Below are positions 33,261 through 48,575 of a DNA stretch of 64,000 nt, one piece after another. The notes beneath the pieces are model-generated. The model had not been told where the DNA came from. It worked only from the letters and a program-made list of their open reading frames with translations, and ran no database searches. Positions within the stretch are counted from its first letter, which is position 1; each line of letters starts with the position of its first letter. The stretch comes from Piromyces finnis finn (lineage: Eukaryota; Fungi; Neocallimastigomycota), in assembly GCA_002104945.1 (NCBI GenBank), contig MCFH01000012.1:1-64000 (forward strand). The letters are read 5' to 3'. Position numbers and translations under genes: made by a program.

Positions 33261-33903
33261 GATAATAAATTCTAATTAAAAATATTGAATATAAAATAAA
33301 TACTAATAAAAATTATAAATATAACGTATATGGAAAAAAAATCTGTCTCTCTCTCTCTTCTTAAAAGTACTGGATAGTACAAAAATTGTTACGATGCTTT
33401 GTTTAAAGTTTCTTTTTTTTGAATTCTAGTTGTAAATTTTCTTTAAAAATTCTAGTTTTGGTTTGTTGTTAGTAAATTCGAATCGCTTTTTGACACTAAA
33501 CTTGTTTGACTTTACTTTTCATTAAATATTTAAATTGGTAAAAAATTTGAATCAAGAATATCGACACCAGAAAGCTTGTGAATAGTATTTTTACATGATG
33601 TAGAGTGAATCAGTCTCTTACAAGAAACAATACAACAATAGCTACATGAATATAAAAATACAATGCAAATGCTAAAGTTGACTACATTGGATTCTTACAA
33701 GAGAAGAGTAGTACTACATGAATACATGAATAAAAGAAAAAATACAGCAACAAAATGTATTACTCTTTTAATTAAATACTATACAAACTTACCTGAATAT
33801 CAAACATTCAACTTATTCATCAAATACTTAATTCGATGAATAAAATGTTTTTTAATCGCTCAGTACCATGAGCTTAGTCCTAATAATTTTCCCTTAAAGA
33901 CTA

Positions 33904-34151
33904 ACCAAGCATCCATTGCGCAATGCTTGGATTTAATTCTTCCTACTCTCTCAGTACCATGAGCATGAGTAGACCCCCTTGAGAAACTACATTTATTAAA
34001 TAAAATGAAGGCACGTTTCCAAGAGGGCACCAAGCATCCATTGCGCAATACTTGGATTTAATTCTTTCTACTCTCTCAGTACCATGAGCATGAGTAGACC
34101 CCCTTGAGAAACTACATTTATTAAATAAATGAAGGCACGTTCCCAAGAGAG
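33904..34151 (-). repeat. Two tandem ~125-bp monomers (33904-34028, 34029-34151; ~96% identical) plus a 15-nt remnant at 33859-33873, upstream of the LINE ORF
   Basis: Directly visible tandem duplication, GC-richer than its flanks, with several internal inverted repeats. Confidence 0.92.
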
Positions 34152-34226
34152 TCATAGAGCTACTAATGATAGGGATTGTTTTAGTAAGAAAAGCCGCGAG
34201 ACCCTCTACATATGGAACATGAGACC
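34152..34226. repeat. Terminal ~75 bp of repeat 'X' at the LINE 5' side
   Basis: tcatagagctactaatgata.ggat.gttttag.aagaaaagcc..gagaccctcta..tatggaacatgagacc matches 7385-7457. Confidence 0.9.
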
Positions 34227-34402
34227 CCTTCTTATATCTAATAATAAAAAAAAATATAAAAGAATATAAATATAATAATTAAATTATACAAATATAATTT
34301 ATACATTCATACAAATATTTAAAATCTTTTTAATTTTTAATTATTTATAAACCTTTTTAAGGTTTTTTTATCACATTGAAAATTAAAAGAAAAATTAAAA
34401 AA

Positions 34403-34429
34403 ACACACACACACACACACACACACACA
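34403..34429. repeat. (AC)n microsatellite
   Basis: Directly visible. Confidence 0.9.
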
Positions 34430-34664
34430 AATAAAAAACTATTTTCTTTTATTTTGTTATATTTTTATTTTTTTTATTAAAATTTTATATTATTAATTCA
34501 TTTTTTTCCCTTCTTTTTTTGTTTATTTCCTTTTTTTTTTTTTCTATTCTTTAATATTTTTAATTTAAAACTTGTTTAATAGTTTTATAATCTTTATATT
34601 TAATTTATATAATGGTAACACAATTTATATGTACCATAACGATAATAATAAATTATTAACAAAT

Positions 34665-36525
34665 TTAAGCACGGATGGAAGCTAACTTCTTGGCGATAGC
34701 ATCCATGAATTCTTCGGTGTTGACGTAGTGTTCACGCTTAAGGTCCTTACCGTGAATGGCAAGAGCTAAATCCTTGGTCATAACACCATCATCATCAATA
34801 ACGCTAATACATGCTTGTTCAACATCATCACAGAACTTCTTGAGTTCTTCATTACCATCTAACTTAGCACGATGAGCTAAACCACGAGACCAGGCGAAGA
34901 TACTGGCAATTGGGTTAGTACTGGTTTCTTCACCTTGTTGGTATCTACGGTAGTGTCTGGTAACGGTACCGTGAGCGGCTTCACTTTCGACAGTCTTACC
35001 ATCTGGAGTAACTAAGATGGAAGTCATAAGACCAAGAGAACCGAAACCTTGGGCAAGAATATCAGATTGAACATCACCATCGTAGTTCTTAGTAGCCCAA
35101 ACGAAACCACCTTCAGACTTGATAGTTTGAGCAACCATATCATCAATAAGTCTGTGTTCGTACCAGATACCGAGCTTTTCGAATTCGGCCTTGTATTCCT
35201 TTTCGTAGATTTCTTGGAAGATATCCTTGAATCTACCATCGTAAGCCTTTAAGATAGTGTTCTTAGTGGAAAGGTAGAGTGGTTGCTTCTTAGAAAGAGC
35301 CATTTGGAAGCAAGATTGAGCGAAACCTCTGATAGATTCATCAGTGTTGTACATACCCATACCAACACCAGTACCCTTGTAATTGAAGACATCGTAGGTA
35401 ATTGGTTCACTACCATCTTCTGGGGTAAAGACAATTTGGAATTTACCTGGACCTGGAGTAACGAAATCAGTAGCACGGTATTGGTCACCGAAAGCATGAC
35501 GACCAATAGTAATTGGCTTAGTCCAACCTGGAACAAGACGTGGGACTCTCTTAAGAACAATTGGAGCTCTGAAGACAGTACCACCGAGAATGTTACGAAT
35601 GGTACCGTTTGGAGACTTCCACATCTTCTTAAGGTTGAATTCTTTTTTATAAAAAGATTTCATTAATTATCTCTGTTATTATTGTTTCTATTCTATAACA
35701 ATAAAATACATACCCTTAACACGGGCTTCATCTGGAGTAATGGTGGCACACTTAATGGCAACACCACACTTCTTAGTAGCTTCAGCGGAATCAATAGTAA
35801 TTTGATCGTTAGTCTATTTATTTTTAATAAATATGGTTAAAAACTTTACTCTAAATATAATTTTTTAATAATTGATAAATATGTACTTCATCACGCTTTT
35901 GGATACTAAGATCATAGTATTGGATGTTTAAATCAACGTATGGGAAGATTAACTTTAAAATTATTTAATTAAATAAATGAAATTAATTACTTTAATCTTT
36001 ACTTTACTTTATCATACTAAAAATTAATAACTTACTTGTTCCTTAATCCTTTTATTTATTTAGATACAAAAAAATATATTTTTATTTAAAAAAATTAATA
36101 TTTTATAAATTATTTATATTGTATTTATATCTACAATGCTTACATCTTCCAGATGATTCTGGTCATTTCATCACCATCCATTTCAACAACTGGGTTTTCA
36201 ACCTTGATCTTGGCTAATTTTTAAAAATTATATAAAAACGCAAAATAATTATAAATAAAATATTTTTAATCATTTATAAAAAATTTAAACTTTTATGTAT
36301 TAATTATAATATCTTTTTATTATTTATTTTTTAATAAATTTAAATAAATATATTGCTTTATATTATTCTTTTTATTTTTTTTCTCAATAAATATATTTAT
36401 TTAATTCTTTCTTTTTTTTTTTTTTACTATTTAATATATTAAAATTATAACAAAATTTCGTTTTTATAATAATTATTATTTTGCTTTAATATTCATTGCT
36501 ACTATAAGAGATATTTACCAGCCAT
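34665..36525 (-). CDS. IDP: NADP-dependent isocitrate dehydrogenase (eukaryotic type), no N-terminal targeting extension
   Basis: Spliced start [25 protein letters not shown]; [64 protein letters not shown] (NADP-binding Arg-His retained). Confidence 0.97.
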
Positions 36526-37714
36526 TTTGAATAATTAATTTACTATAATAATTAAAGTAAAAAAAATGTAGTAAAGATTTTAAAATTTTCGGCTTATCTT
36601 TTCCTTTATATACTCTCCAAAAAAAAAAAAAATTTAAGGATTATTATTAATTTTGATATAATTATTTTTAACCAATAATTTTCGAAACATTTTTTATAAA
36701 ATCTATCCAATCGTTTATTGGTCCATATTCCAAAAGATATAAATGATGAAGATAAATTTTGTAGTATCAAAAATTATTATTATTAATAAATAATTAATAA
36801 ATAAATAAATAAATAAATAAATAGTTAATAAAAGATAAATAATAACATTTTTATAATTAATAATAAATAAATAAGTAAACAGAAAAGAGATTTAATTCCT
36901 TTTACTTTTTATAATCTATTCTTTTTTTGAAAGGAAAAAGGTTTTTATCATAAATATAAAAGTTTGGTTAAAACTATAAAAAGGTTCTATAAACCAATCG
37001 GATATCACTTTTATTTATAATTAAAAGAGTTTTTTAGTTTCATTATCAATATAAAAATAAATTTATTTGGAGTATTAATTAAATAGATAAATAATTAATT
37101 GATTAAATAAATAATCAAATTTAATACATCGTGTATACGTTATATTGATATCGTACAAAATGTATTTTAAATGATTTTATAAAGAAAAAAAACCTGCCTT
37201 TTTATTATTAAAATGTAAAGTGAAATTGAACTTTATTTCTTTTATATTAAAAAAAAAAAAAAAGAAATAATATTCTTTAACCATAATAATATAAAGATAA
37301 AAAAAATATTATAATTATATAAATAATTTTTATTTATTTTTTTTTTAAAGTTTTATAGTTTTTTTTTTTTTCAAAAACATAATCTTTATGTTTTTTATAA
37401 TCTATATTTTTAATTATTTTTATTATAAGAAAAAAAGTCAAACATTGTTTTTTTTTTAAAAAAAATATAAAATAAATAAAAAGATATAAACTTTTTATCA
37501 TCAAAATATTTTATACTTTTAAAAAAAATAATTTTCTTCTATATAAAGAGTTCTTTAATATATAAAAGTCTTTTATATATATAATATTTACTATATTTAC
37601 TTATATTTCTAATATAAATTAAAATAAGATATGTAAATAATAAAGTATATATTATAAACATTATAATAATTAGATAGTCTCTAAAAAGAAAAATTAAAAA
37701 AGAAAAGAAAAAAG

Positions 37715-39363
37715 TTAATTAACATTTAAAACGGATGAAATTCCATAATGATCTAGAATAAATAAGTATTTAAATAATGAGATTAGTTAATAAGGTGTTT
37801 TTTTTTTTTTTTTAATTATTATTATTAATTAAATTAATAAATATATCATATATATTATTAAATTGTGTACCTGAAAGTTGTGTGTATTCTCTAGATGAAG
37901 TTAAAAATTTATTAACTTGAGTTCTTTCAGTATTGACTGTAATGTCGATTTTAGATTCCTTCTCCTTTTCATTATTATATTGGGAATTTGATGAATAATT
38001 GTTATTTGGATTAGTATTGTCTTTGTGTTCCATCAAGAATAAATAATCAACTGAAAGGCAAGTCCATAATGAACTTGTAGATGTTAATATTGTTTCTGTT
38101 GGTTTCATGGTTTCAAATGATTCAACATCACCCTTGGTAATTGGATGTTTACCATAAGATTCATAAACTAAATCTGTAACCTTGTATCTTGGAACAGTGT
38201 CTGTAAATTTCTTATTTCCTCCAATGACTTTACTTACAGTATTCATTCCACCATTTTGACTTTTACTAGCTGTGGAAACTGTTGTTGTATCATGATGATT
38301 AATAACAGCTACCCATTCACCTGCTAAAATCTTTTTCATCAATATATATTCTTCACTATCATTTCCATTTTTAAAGGAACGGCGACTATTAACATTCATA
38401 TCACCAGCTAATAAAATTGGACCATTACTATTTTCAGTACATGAATCTATAAATGATTTTAAAGCCATTAATTGTTTACATCTAGTGACAACTAAGGCAT
38501 CTGATAAATTTACACCTTCCGTATTATTTGTATTACTAATACCGGATTGAAGATGGGTATTAAATAAATTTATTTCTTTATTTGGTGAACAAAGAATTCT
38601 GGCGTATAATGCACCCTTGGAATAAAATCTAGTTTATGTTTATTGATGGAAAAAAGAAAAATTATAAATAATAATTTTTTTTTAAATTATTGATGCATTA
38701 TATAAATATTATAAAAAAAAAAGAGAACAAGATTATTATTAATTTATTATTAATTACCTATCAGTCTTAATTCCTCTTTTAAATGTTAATCTTTCACTTT
38801 TAATAATTGGATATCTACTAATAATTACAAGACCACTATCAATAGAAGTGTTTAATAAATTCTTTGAAGACAAAGTTAACGAATATTCAAAACCAGCATT
38901 TTTAGCATAAGCTAAAAATTTAGATTGTCTAGAAGAACCATAAGCAAAGAATTCCTGTAAACAGATGATATCAAATGAATGAATAACTCTTTCACAGAAA
39001 TAAGCTAAACGCATGGCTTTATGATCAGAATCATTGTTCTTAATACCTGGTGGTCTTAAAAAGATATTGAAAGATAAGATTCTTATACTCTTTTTACCAT
39101 TAATAAAGTATGGTGAAACAGGTGGAATTGATGCAAGTATTTGCTTTAATGTTTTTTCACCTTCAACATTATTTTCTTGGTTTTGAATGGATTGTGATTC
39201 CTTTTTCTTTACATCACTTTTATTTGCACTTTTATTGATATTTTCATTTACATTGGATTCATAGGATTGATTGCTTTTATTTTCATTTTTTTCTACTATA
39301 TTTTTATTATAGTTTGAATTTGAATTAACGATATCGCCATTTTCATTAGTGTCAAATTGTAAG
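37715..39363 (-). CDS. Endonuclease/exonuclease/phosphatase-family enzyme, neutral sphingomyelinase-like; 5' end unresolved
   Basis: RILSFNIFLRPPG, FDIICLQEFF, DSGLVIISRYPI, SKGALYARI, LFNTHLQS, ILLAGDMNVN, SVDYLF and the spliced QLS/DHYG C-terminal motif. Confidence 0.85.
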
Positions 39364-39755
39364 ATCTGTTTTAAATAATAATAAAAATTAAAAGGATAAA
39401 ATTATTAATGATTAATATATATTAAAATAGTTATATTATTATAATTCAAAAATAGCAACTAAAACAATAATTAATATTTTATGAATTCATAATAATGTTT
39501 AAAAAGATTAAAGTAAATAGATACTTTTAATAATTATTAATAAAAAGAAATTAAAAAATAAATTAAAAAAAAAAAAAACATAAATAGTGGTATTGATAAT
39601 TTAATGATATTTTTGATTTTAGCTTGTAAAAATTTTAAAAATATTTTGATAATAACTGAAAGTTTGTATTTTTTAAGTTATTTTGTTTTCATTCATTTTA
39701 TGAGGGTTTTTTTTTTTTGTAATTATGAAATTTTCTCTTATAAGAACTTTAACTT

Positions 39756-41470
39756 TTATGATATAATACATTTATCATTTTTTCTTCTACTATAACCAAA
39801 ATCTACTTCATCTTCATAATCATAATTGTTAATATTATTTTGATTATAATAATTTAAATTTTCATTTTTTAACAATAAAGGATTCATATTCATATTTTTA
39901 GTTTTGGTATCAATTTCATTATCATTATTATTTAAAAATTGTGCTGTATCAACAGGAACCCGTTGATGATAATTTACAGCGTAATTTCTTTCATTATTAT
40001 TATAGAAATGGGAATTTATTTTATTTTCGTAGTTATAAGAAATATTCTCTTTTATATTCGAATTATATGGATGATTTATATTTTTGCTTATATTAGTATT
40101 ATTATTATAATAAAATCGAGTATGATTATGAAATTTATTATTAGTATTATATGAATTAAATATGATCACTGAATCTTCTAAGCTTTGTGAAGGTTCACGC
40201 GGATATTTATTTATATTAGAAACAGGTACTCTCTTTCTTGTCATCTCAATATTATAAAGATTATTTATTTTTTCATTTTCCATTATTATATTTGATTTAT
40301 GTACTTGATTTTTGTTATTATTAGCATAGGTATTAATAGGTTTGTTGGTATTTAAATTATTTTTATATTGATTATATTTATCGCATTTATCGTGAGAATG
40401 ACTATTATTATTACTATTATAGGCAACATTATAATTATAATTAAGTGGATAGTTCAATTTTTTAAGATTTGTTTGATTAATTTGATTGCTGTAATATACA
40501 TTATTGTTTTCCTTTTCCTTTCCTCTTTTGTTATAATAATTATTAATACTATTATTATTATTGTCATCCTCTATATCATATAATATTAATTCGTCATTAT
40601 TTCTTGCCTTATTATCATGATGATGATGTGTAGTATTAACTGAGTAATTTACAATATCATTATCAATATTTATGATATAATCATTATCATTATTATTACA
40701 TTCACTTTTATTGGAATTTTTACGATTAATACGAAGGAAACTAAATTTAGATTTCTTTTTATTTGTTATATTAACTTTATCGGATTCTTTATAGTTATTT
40801 TTTTTTTGAGGTAGAGTAAAAATTGGATCAATATAATTATTATCATTTAATATTTCTTTTTTAGTTATTCTATTTTTTCCTTGAATTATGTTATCACCAT
40901 TAGAATTAATATTAGTTACATAGACAGGTGTATTATTTGTCTTATTAGTAGTAGAAGGTGTAATAAATCCATAGGTTGACTTTTTTATTAAATTATTATT
41001 CACATTATGAATATGATTTGAAGCGCATCTTCTTTCATGTCTTGATGAAGTAGACTGGTTACTAATGGAATTAGGTTCATAATTAATATCAATTTTTTTA
41101 TTATTATAATTAATTTTTGTATTATTAATTTTATTAACTTCATAATTTATAATTTTAGGATTCCTTTTTTTTTGAATATTATTATATGTATATGTTGATG
41201 TGGTGGTGGTGGTATTTGAATTGATCGTATTTTGATTTGTAATCTATATAATATTATTAATTGTATATTAATTGTTTGTATTATTATTTTTGATTTATTA
41301 TTATTATAAAAATTTTAATGTAAAAATCAAAATTTAAAAGGTTTTTTTAAATATTAAATAATATATACAATTGTTGTTGTTGTTGTTATTAATTTTCAAT
41401 AGTTGTATTATTGATATACATGTTTTTGTGAAGCATGTTTATTATTATTATTATTATTATTATTCATCAT
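39756..41470 (-). CDS. Asn-rich low-complexity protein (exons 41470-41420 and 41242-~39756); may be the N-terminus of the sphingomyelinase-like gene
   Basis: The stop-free frame extends upstream of the called ORF to a TAG acceptor at ~41243; a phase-0 first exon MMNNNNNNNNKHASQKH/gtatat fits. No recognisable domain. Confidence 0.6.
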
Positions 41471-41695
41471 TAAATGATCAAAAGATATAAAATATATATT
41501 ATAAATGAAAGATAATAAAAAATGTAAAATAAATTGAAAAAAAAAAAAAACGAAAAAAAATAAAGTGAAAATGAAAAAAAAAAATAAAGTGAAAGAAAAA
41601 GAGAAAAAATATAAAACTTAAATGTATTATAATAATTCTTTATATTAAAGTCTTTTTATATTTAAAATTCATATAAATATATACCTTTTTGGAAC

Positions 41696-43233
<1,538 letters not shown>

Positions 43234-44987
43234 TTTTTTTCTTGAATATTTTTTTTTAATTAATTATTATTAACTTTAAAGTTTGTGATATTATTTAATT
43301 ATATTTATATATTTTGTATATATAAATATATATAATCTTTTATATATTTTTTATATTTATTTTTCTAATTTATCTTTATTATTTTGGATCATTTAAAAAA
43401 AAAAAAAAAGAGTATAATTAAATATATGTATATATAGAATATGTTAGTATATTAATGATATAAAAAGATGATATTTTTTTGCTATACAATATATTTTCTT
43501 AACAGAAAAACCATATATATTTATATAAATAATAAAAATTTATTCTATATAAAAAAGTAAAATATCATATTGGTATATAAAATGAAATCTATTTTTATTT
43601 AAATCCTATAAAATCTATTTTTAATTAAATTAAATTATAATTAAATCTTTTATTACAAAATGGTGATATTTTTATCTATCTTCATATAATATTCATAATA
43701 TTGGTATACTTTATTGATGAATGGTATTTTCTTTTTTTTTTTTTATGTAAATCTTAAAATATTTGAATTATATATCGAATAAAATTATTACTGAATGTAT
43801 CTTTTATTAGGATAGAAATTTTTAAAATTAATTTGTTTAATAGATCTTTAAAAATGGTAGATACTTTATTCTTTTTTTTTTAACTATTAATAATAATTAA
43901 ATAAAAATTATATTTATGAATATTTGAAGAATGTTTTGTAAGTACGAATGATAAATATTATTCTCTGTTGAGTGTTATTTTAATCATGGTTTTATTTTTA
44001 TTTCATTTTATTTTTTTTCTTATATTATTATTCGTTTGAATTTGATTTCAGTATAACATCTATAGGTAACTTTTATTTATATACTTATGTATATCTATAA
44101 ATTTTATATATGTTTTTATTACCATCAATATAAGAAGAATAATCGAGGAGTATTAATTAACAATTAATTAATCTTTCACAATAATAAATATAAAAATAAT
44201 TAAATGAATTTATATATTTTTATTAATTTAATATAGAAAAAAAAACTAGTCAAAATCCTTGAAAAAAAAAAAAAAAAAAAAAAAACGAAAAAGAAAGAAC
44301 AAAAAGTTAACTATATATATTATGGAATGAGAATTTTATTAATTCAATATTAAACCATAATACAAATTTTATTTCATATTAATAAAAAGTAATTAATTAT
44401 GAAGTCACAGTTTTTCTCATCTATGCAATAAATAAAATTGTATAATTAAAAAAATGAATTAATGAAAAAAATTACTATAATTCAATGATTAACCTTTTCC
44501 AATTTTATTTTTAAATAATTATAGAATTTTTTTATGCTAATAATTATAATTAAAAAAGTTTTATTCTTTTATCTATATTATTATTATTACCATGATTATA
44601 TTTATAATTATAATTAAATATAGAATTATAATTAAATAATTAATTATATTTTTTTTTAAAATTTCTTATAAAAAAGCCCAATTAAAAAAAACATTAGTTA
44701 ATAAATTGATAATTATTATTAACTTTAATTCATAAAGTATAGAAGGATTTAAAAACTTTAAAATTAAAGGTTTTTTTTTCATATCGACCGCTGTTATAAT
44801 AAAAATCTAAAATCTATTTACATAATTTTAATGATTACTATTAATTAGGATTGCCTTTTTTAAAGTTTTTTGCATATTGATTTTTTATATTAATGCCAAA
44901 ATTTACTGCTGGTGTCAATCAATAAATGAATAAATTAAAAAAAGACTATTTATAAAATATTTTAATTTTTTCTAAAAAGAAAACCAA

Positions 44988-45068
<81 letters not shown>
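44988..45068. repeat. (AAT)n microsatellite
   Basis: Directly visible. Confidence 0.95.
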
Positions 45069-46489
45069 TAGAAGTGATACAGTACTTTTAATTGCATGAT
45101 ATATTTAATAATGGACCATGTTAATTTAATTAAAATACTTCCTATACTTATTATATGTATATAGTATGATAGGATTATCCATTTATAATTTTTAATAGCA
45201 TAATCATATAATTATACAATTGTATAATTTGAATAGAATAATTTTAATGAATATATTTTTAAATGTAAACTTTATTGTATTTTAATTTTTTTAAAAACGA
45301 AAAAATAACCTATTAAATATTTACATATTATATATACAGATTATAAGATTTAATAAAATTTCAATATAACATACTTTTTATTTATTTACACTTGAAATGT
45401 ATGAATAATAATGTTCACAATGCATGTTTTTATTTATTAATTAAAAAGTTCTTAATTATAAAGATATGCATATGCATTTAATTAAAACGTTCATCTTTAC
45501 AAAATTTTATTTAAAAAAAAATTTGCATAAATAAATAATCAAGTAGTTGTATAAATTATATTTTAATTTTTACTCTTAAGGAATATCTATTTTTTTAGTT
45601 GTTATATAAATAAAAAAAGAAATAAATTCTCTTATTTTCTGTTTTAATTTAACCTATATTTTTAATTATGAAAGATGGAATAATAATAATAATAATAATA
45701 ATAATACATCAATAACCAAATTAGAATTAACATTATTTACAAAAACATAGTTTTAAAATTTATTCAATAATTTTTTGAATTTAATTTCTTAATTTTTTAT
45801 TTATCCCTTTATTTATTACTTTTATATATATATATATTTATTACTATCATTATTGTAATTTATATTAGAATTATGTTTTATTTTAATAATAATAAAATAA
45901 TAAGATAAAATAAATAAATAAATAAAAAAAAAAGGTCTAAAAATTAAAATTAAAATTAACTTTTCAATAATGGGATACATTATTAATTAACTTTTAAAAA
46001 TAATTTTCTTTAATATTTACAAATTAAAATGGATTGTCTCCATATATAATAATCATAATAATCAAAAACAAACTAAAAAAGTTTAAGTATATTCATTCAT
46101 TTATTCATTATTATTATGAAGTCTCTGCTTATTATTGATGTTTAATATTGTTATTATGAAATGTCTATTTATTTTTTAATGTTGATCATTGTTGAATAAA
46201 ATAAAATATTCAAATATAAATAAATTATATTGATAAGAGTCATCATTATATGTTATAATTATTAATTTATACCTGAATGTTTTTAAAAATAAAGAAAAAA
46301 GTAATAAAAATATTGAAATATTGAATTCTATATTACATTTGTTTTTATTTTTTTTTAAAAAAAAAATAAAAATTGACTAAATTGAATATCCAATAAACTA
46401 CTAATAAAAATAAAAGATTTTTTAATTTGTTTTTTTGTTAAATAATTCATATTAAATGATTATTTAAAGAAATAGAAAAGTAGTATAAA

Positions 46490-47860
46490 TTAGCTGGAAA
46501 TTATTATATTTGGTTGGTTGAATTTATCTATACTTTTTTCAATTTCTTTCAATTGCTCTTCAAGTTTTGATTTCCTTTTTCATTTAAACAATATATAAAA
46601 TATGATAATATTAATAATAATAGATATTTTAAAAATATAAAAAAATTTAAAAAATATAACCCTATATTATCTAAATATAATTTATAATAATATAGATTTA
46701 ACTATATAATTATGTATATATAATTATCAATTATTTTTTTTTTTACCTTTTAACTTTTGCACAGGTATCTAAAACTAAAGAAATTGATTTATATTCATTA
46801 GATAATAAATCGTAATTCTTTTTAAGACCACTTAAAATTTTTAATCTTTCTCCTTCAGGAAGTTTAATCATTCTTGGTCTATTATATTGTCGATAATAAG
46901 CATTGGTATCATCATTGGAAAGATAATTGGATGAAGTACGTTGCATTCTTTTACTAAAATCATGTGGTTGTTTCATTAATTCTTGACTTTTTGATTTATT
47001 TTTTTTCATTTCTTTAATATATTCTGGTATTAATCCGTAATCTTTCTTTTTTAAATAATTAATATTTGGATTTGTTTTTGAATGTGAATCTGGTTTCTTT
47101 GGAACTAGAACAATATAATAAAGTAAAATAAGAAAATATTTTATAATGATTAGGTTTTATTAGAGATTTAATTAGAAAGTGAGAATCATTTCATTAATGT
47201 TATTTTTTTAATAATATTAATATGATAATAAATAATTTATATATATTATATATTTAATTGAGTCTTTACTTGAATTATCATTTGCAATAATATTATTTTT
47301 AATATAATTTTTTGATTCGTGTTTTAATAATAATCCTGGACTTTTTGGTAAAAGAGGTTTAATGTTTTTACTAGATGTTGAATGTGTGTTATATTTAACT
47401 TTATAAAAGTTAGCAAGCATATTAATGATACCGGATTATGGATAAAATTAAAATAAAAAAATAATTCAATAAAAAGATAATTTATATTAAAATAAAAAAT
47501 GAATATAAATATTTTTTTAAAAAAAAAAAGAAAAAGAAATATATATAATTATTATAATTATTATTTCATACCATTTTTTTCATGTTTCTCTTTTTCATAT
47601 TTATTTCTTTCACCTTTTTTTAGATATTTACTTGGATTCACTGATTCACTTTTAATTTTTTTTCCGCCAGATTTAAAATTTTTATATTCTTCTTTTGCCT
47701 TATCAGCATATTTAGATTTATATAATTTTTTTGATCCAGAATTCTTTTTTAAACTACTCGAACTTTGAGAGCATAATGCTACATACCGATAAACACTTTC
47801 ATCTAACGGATCTTCAGGTATATATTGTCTTTGATAATAATGATCAACGTATGATGTCAT
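46490..47860 (-). CDS. ENKUR: Enkurin (flagellar microtubule-inner protein)
   Basis: ESVYRYV...YKSKY...NPSKYLKK, NYLKKKDYGLIPEYI, KLPEGERLKILSGLKKNYDLL..EYKSISLVLDT..KVKR/KSKLEEQLKEIEKSI match the enkurin domain pattern. Confidence 0.82.
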
Positions 47861-48575
47861 TTTTTTTTTCTTTTCTATATTAAAAAACTATTAAAACAAT
47901 TATTTATATATATATTTTTTTATAGATATATATTCATTATAATAATAATATTATATTACTATATGATATATTTTATTTTTAAAATATAATAAATTATATC
48001 TTTTTTTTTTTTTTTTTTTTTTTTTTTATATTATTAACTATTTTAATTTTAAATATAATAAGAGATGAAAATAAAAAAGAAAGAATTATTCAATTCCAAT
48101 AACGTATATAGAAATATAATAATAAAAAAATAAACAAATTCATTTAAAATAAACTTTTAAAATAAAATTTATTTTAAACTTTTTAAAATCATATTAAAAA
48201 TTTTAAATTTTCGAATTCATTCATTTTATTTCATTCATTCATTATAAAGAATTAACTAAAAAGTTTTTTTTTTTTTTTTTAAATAAAATATGCATGGATA
48301 ATTTTGTTTTTATTTATTTAATTATTATTCATTTACTTATTTATTTTTTTTATTATTATTATTTTCCAAAAATAGAGGTTTACACTCTATAATGTTTTTT
48401 TTTTTTTTTTTTTCTTCTTCTTAATTCATCAAAATAATAACCGTATCTTTAGTTTTATTTCATTTATAACACTTTCAGTAATTTATAAATAAATGATGTT
48501 GAGTAAATAACAACTAAATTAACTAAAAAAAAAGAGGTTTTTTATTATAATAAAAAAAAATTATCTTTTTTTTTT

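Noticed and set aside
33859-34151. CRISPR array or hammerhead ribozyme in the tandem repeats
   Set aside because: The repeats are contiguous 125-bp units without unique spacers, there are no cas genes, and no CUGANGA/GAAA core has the correct stem geometry.
28670-34270. Target-site duplication for the intact LINE
   Set aside because: Only a 10-nt AT-only match (AATTATTATA) offset from the candidate ends; not distinguishable from chance in this composition.
35024-35666. Several overlapping ORFs within IDH (both strands)
   Set aside because: Shadow ORFs caused by strong codon bias of a highly expressed gene; no independent motifs.
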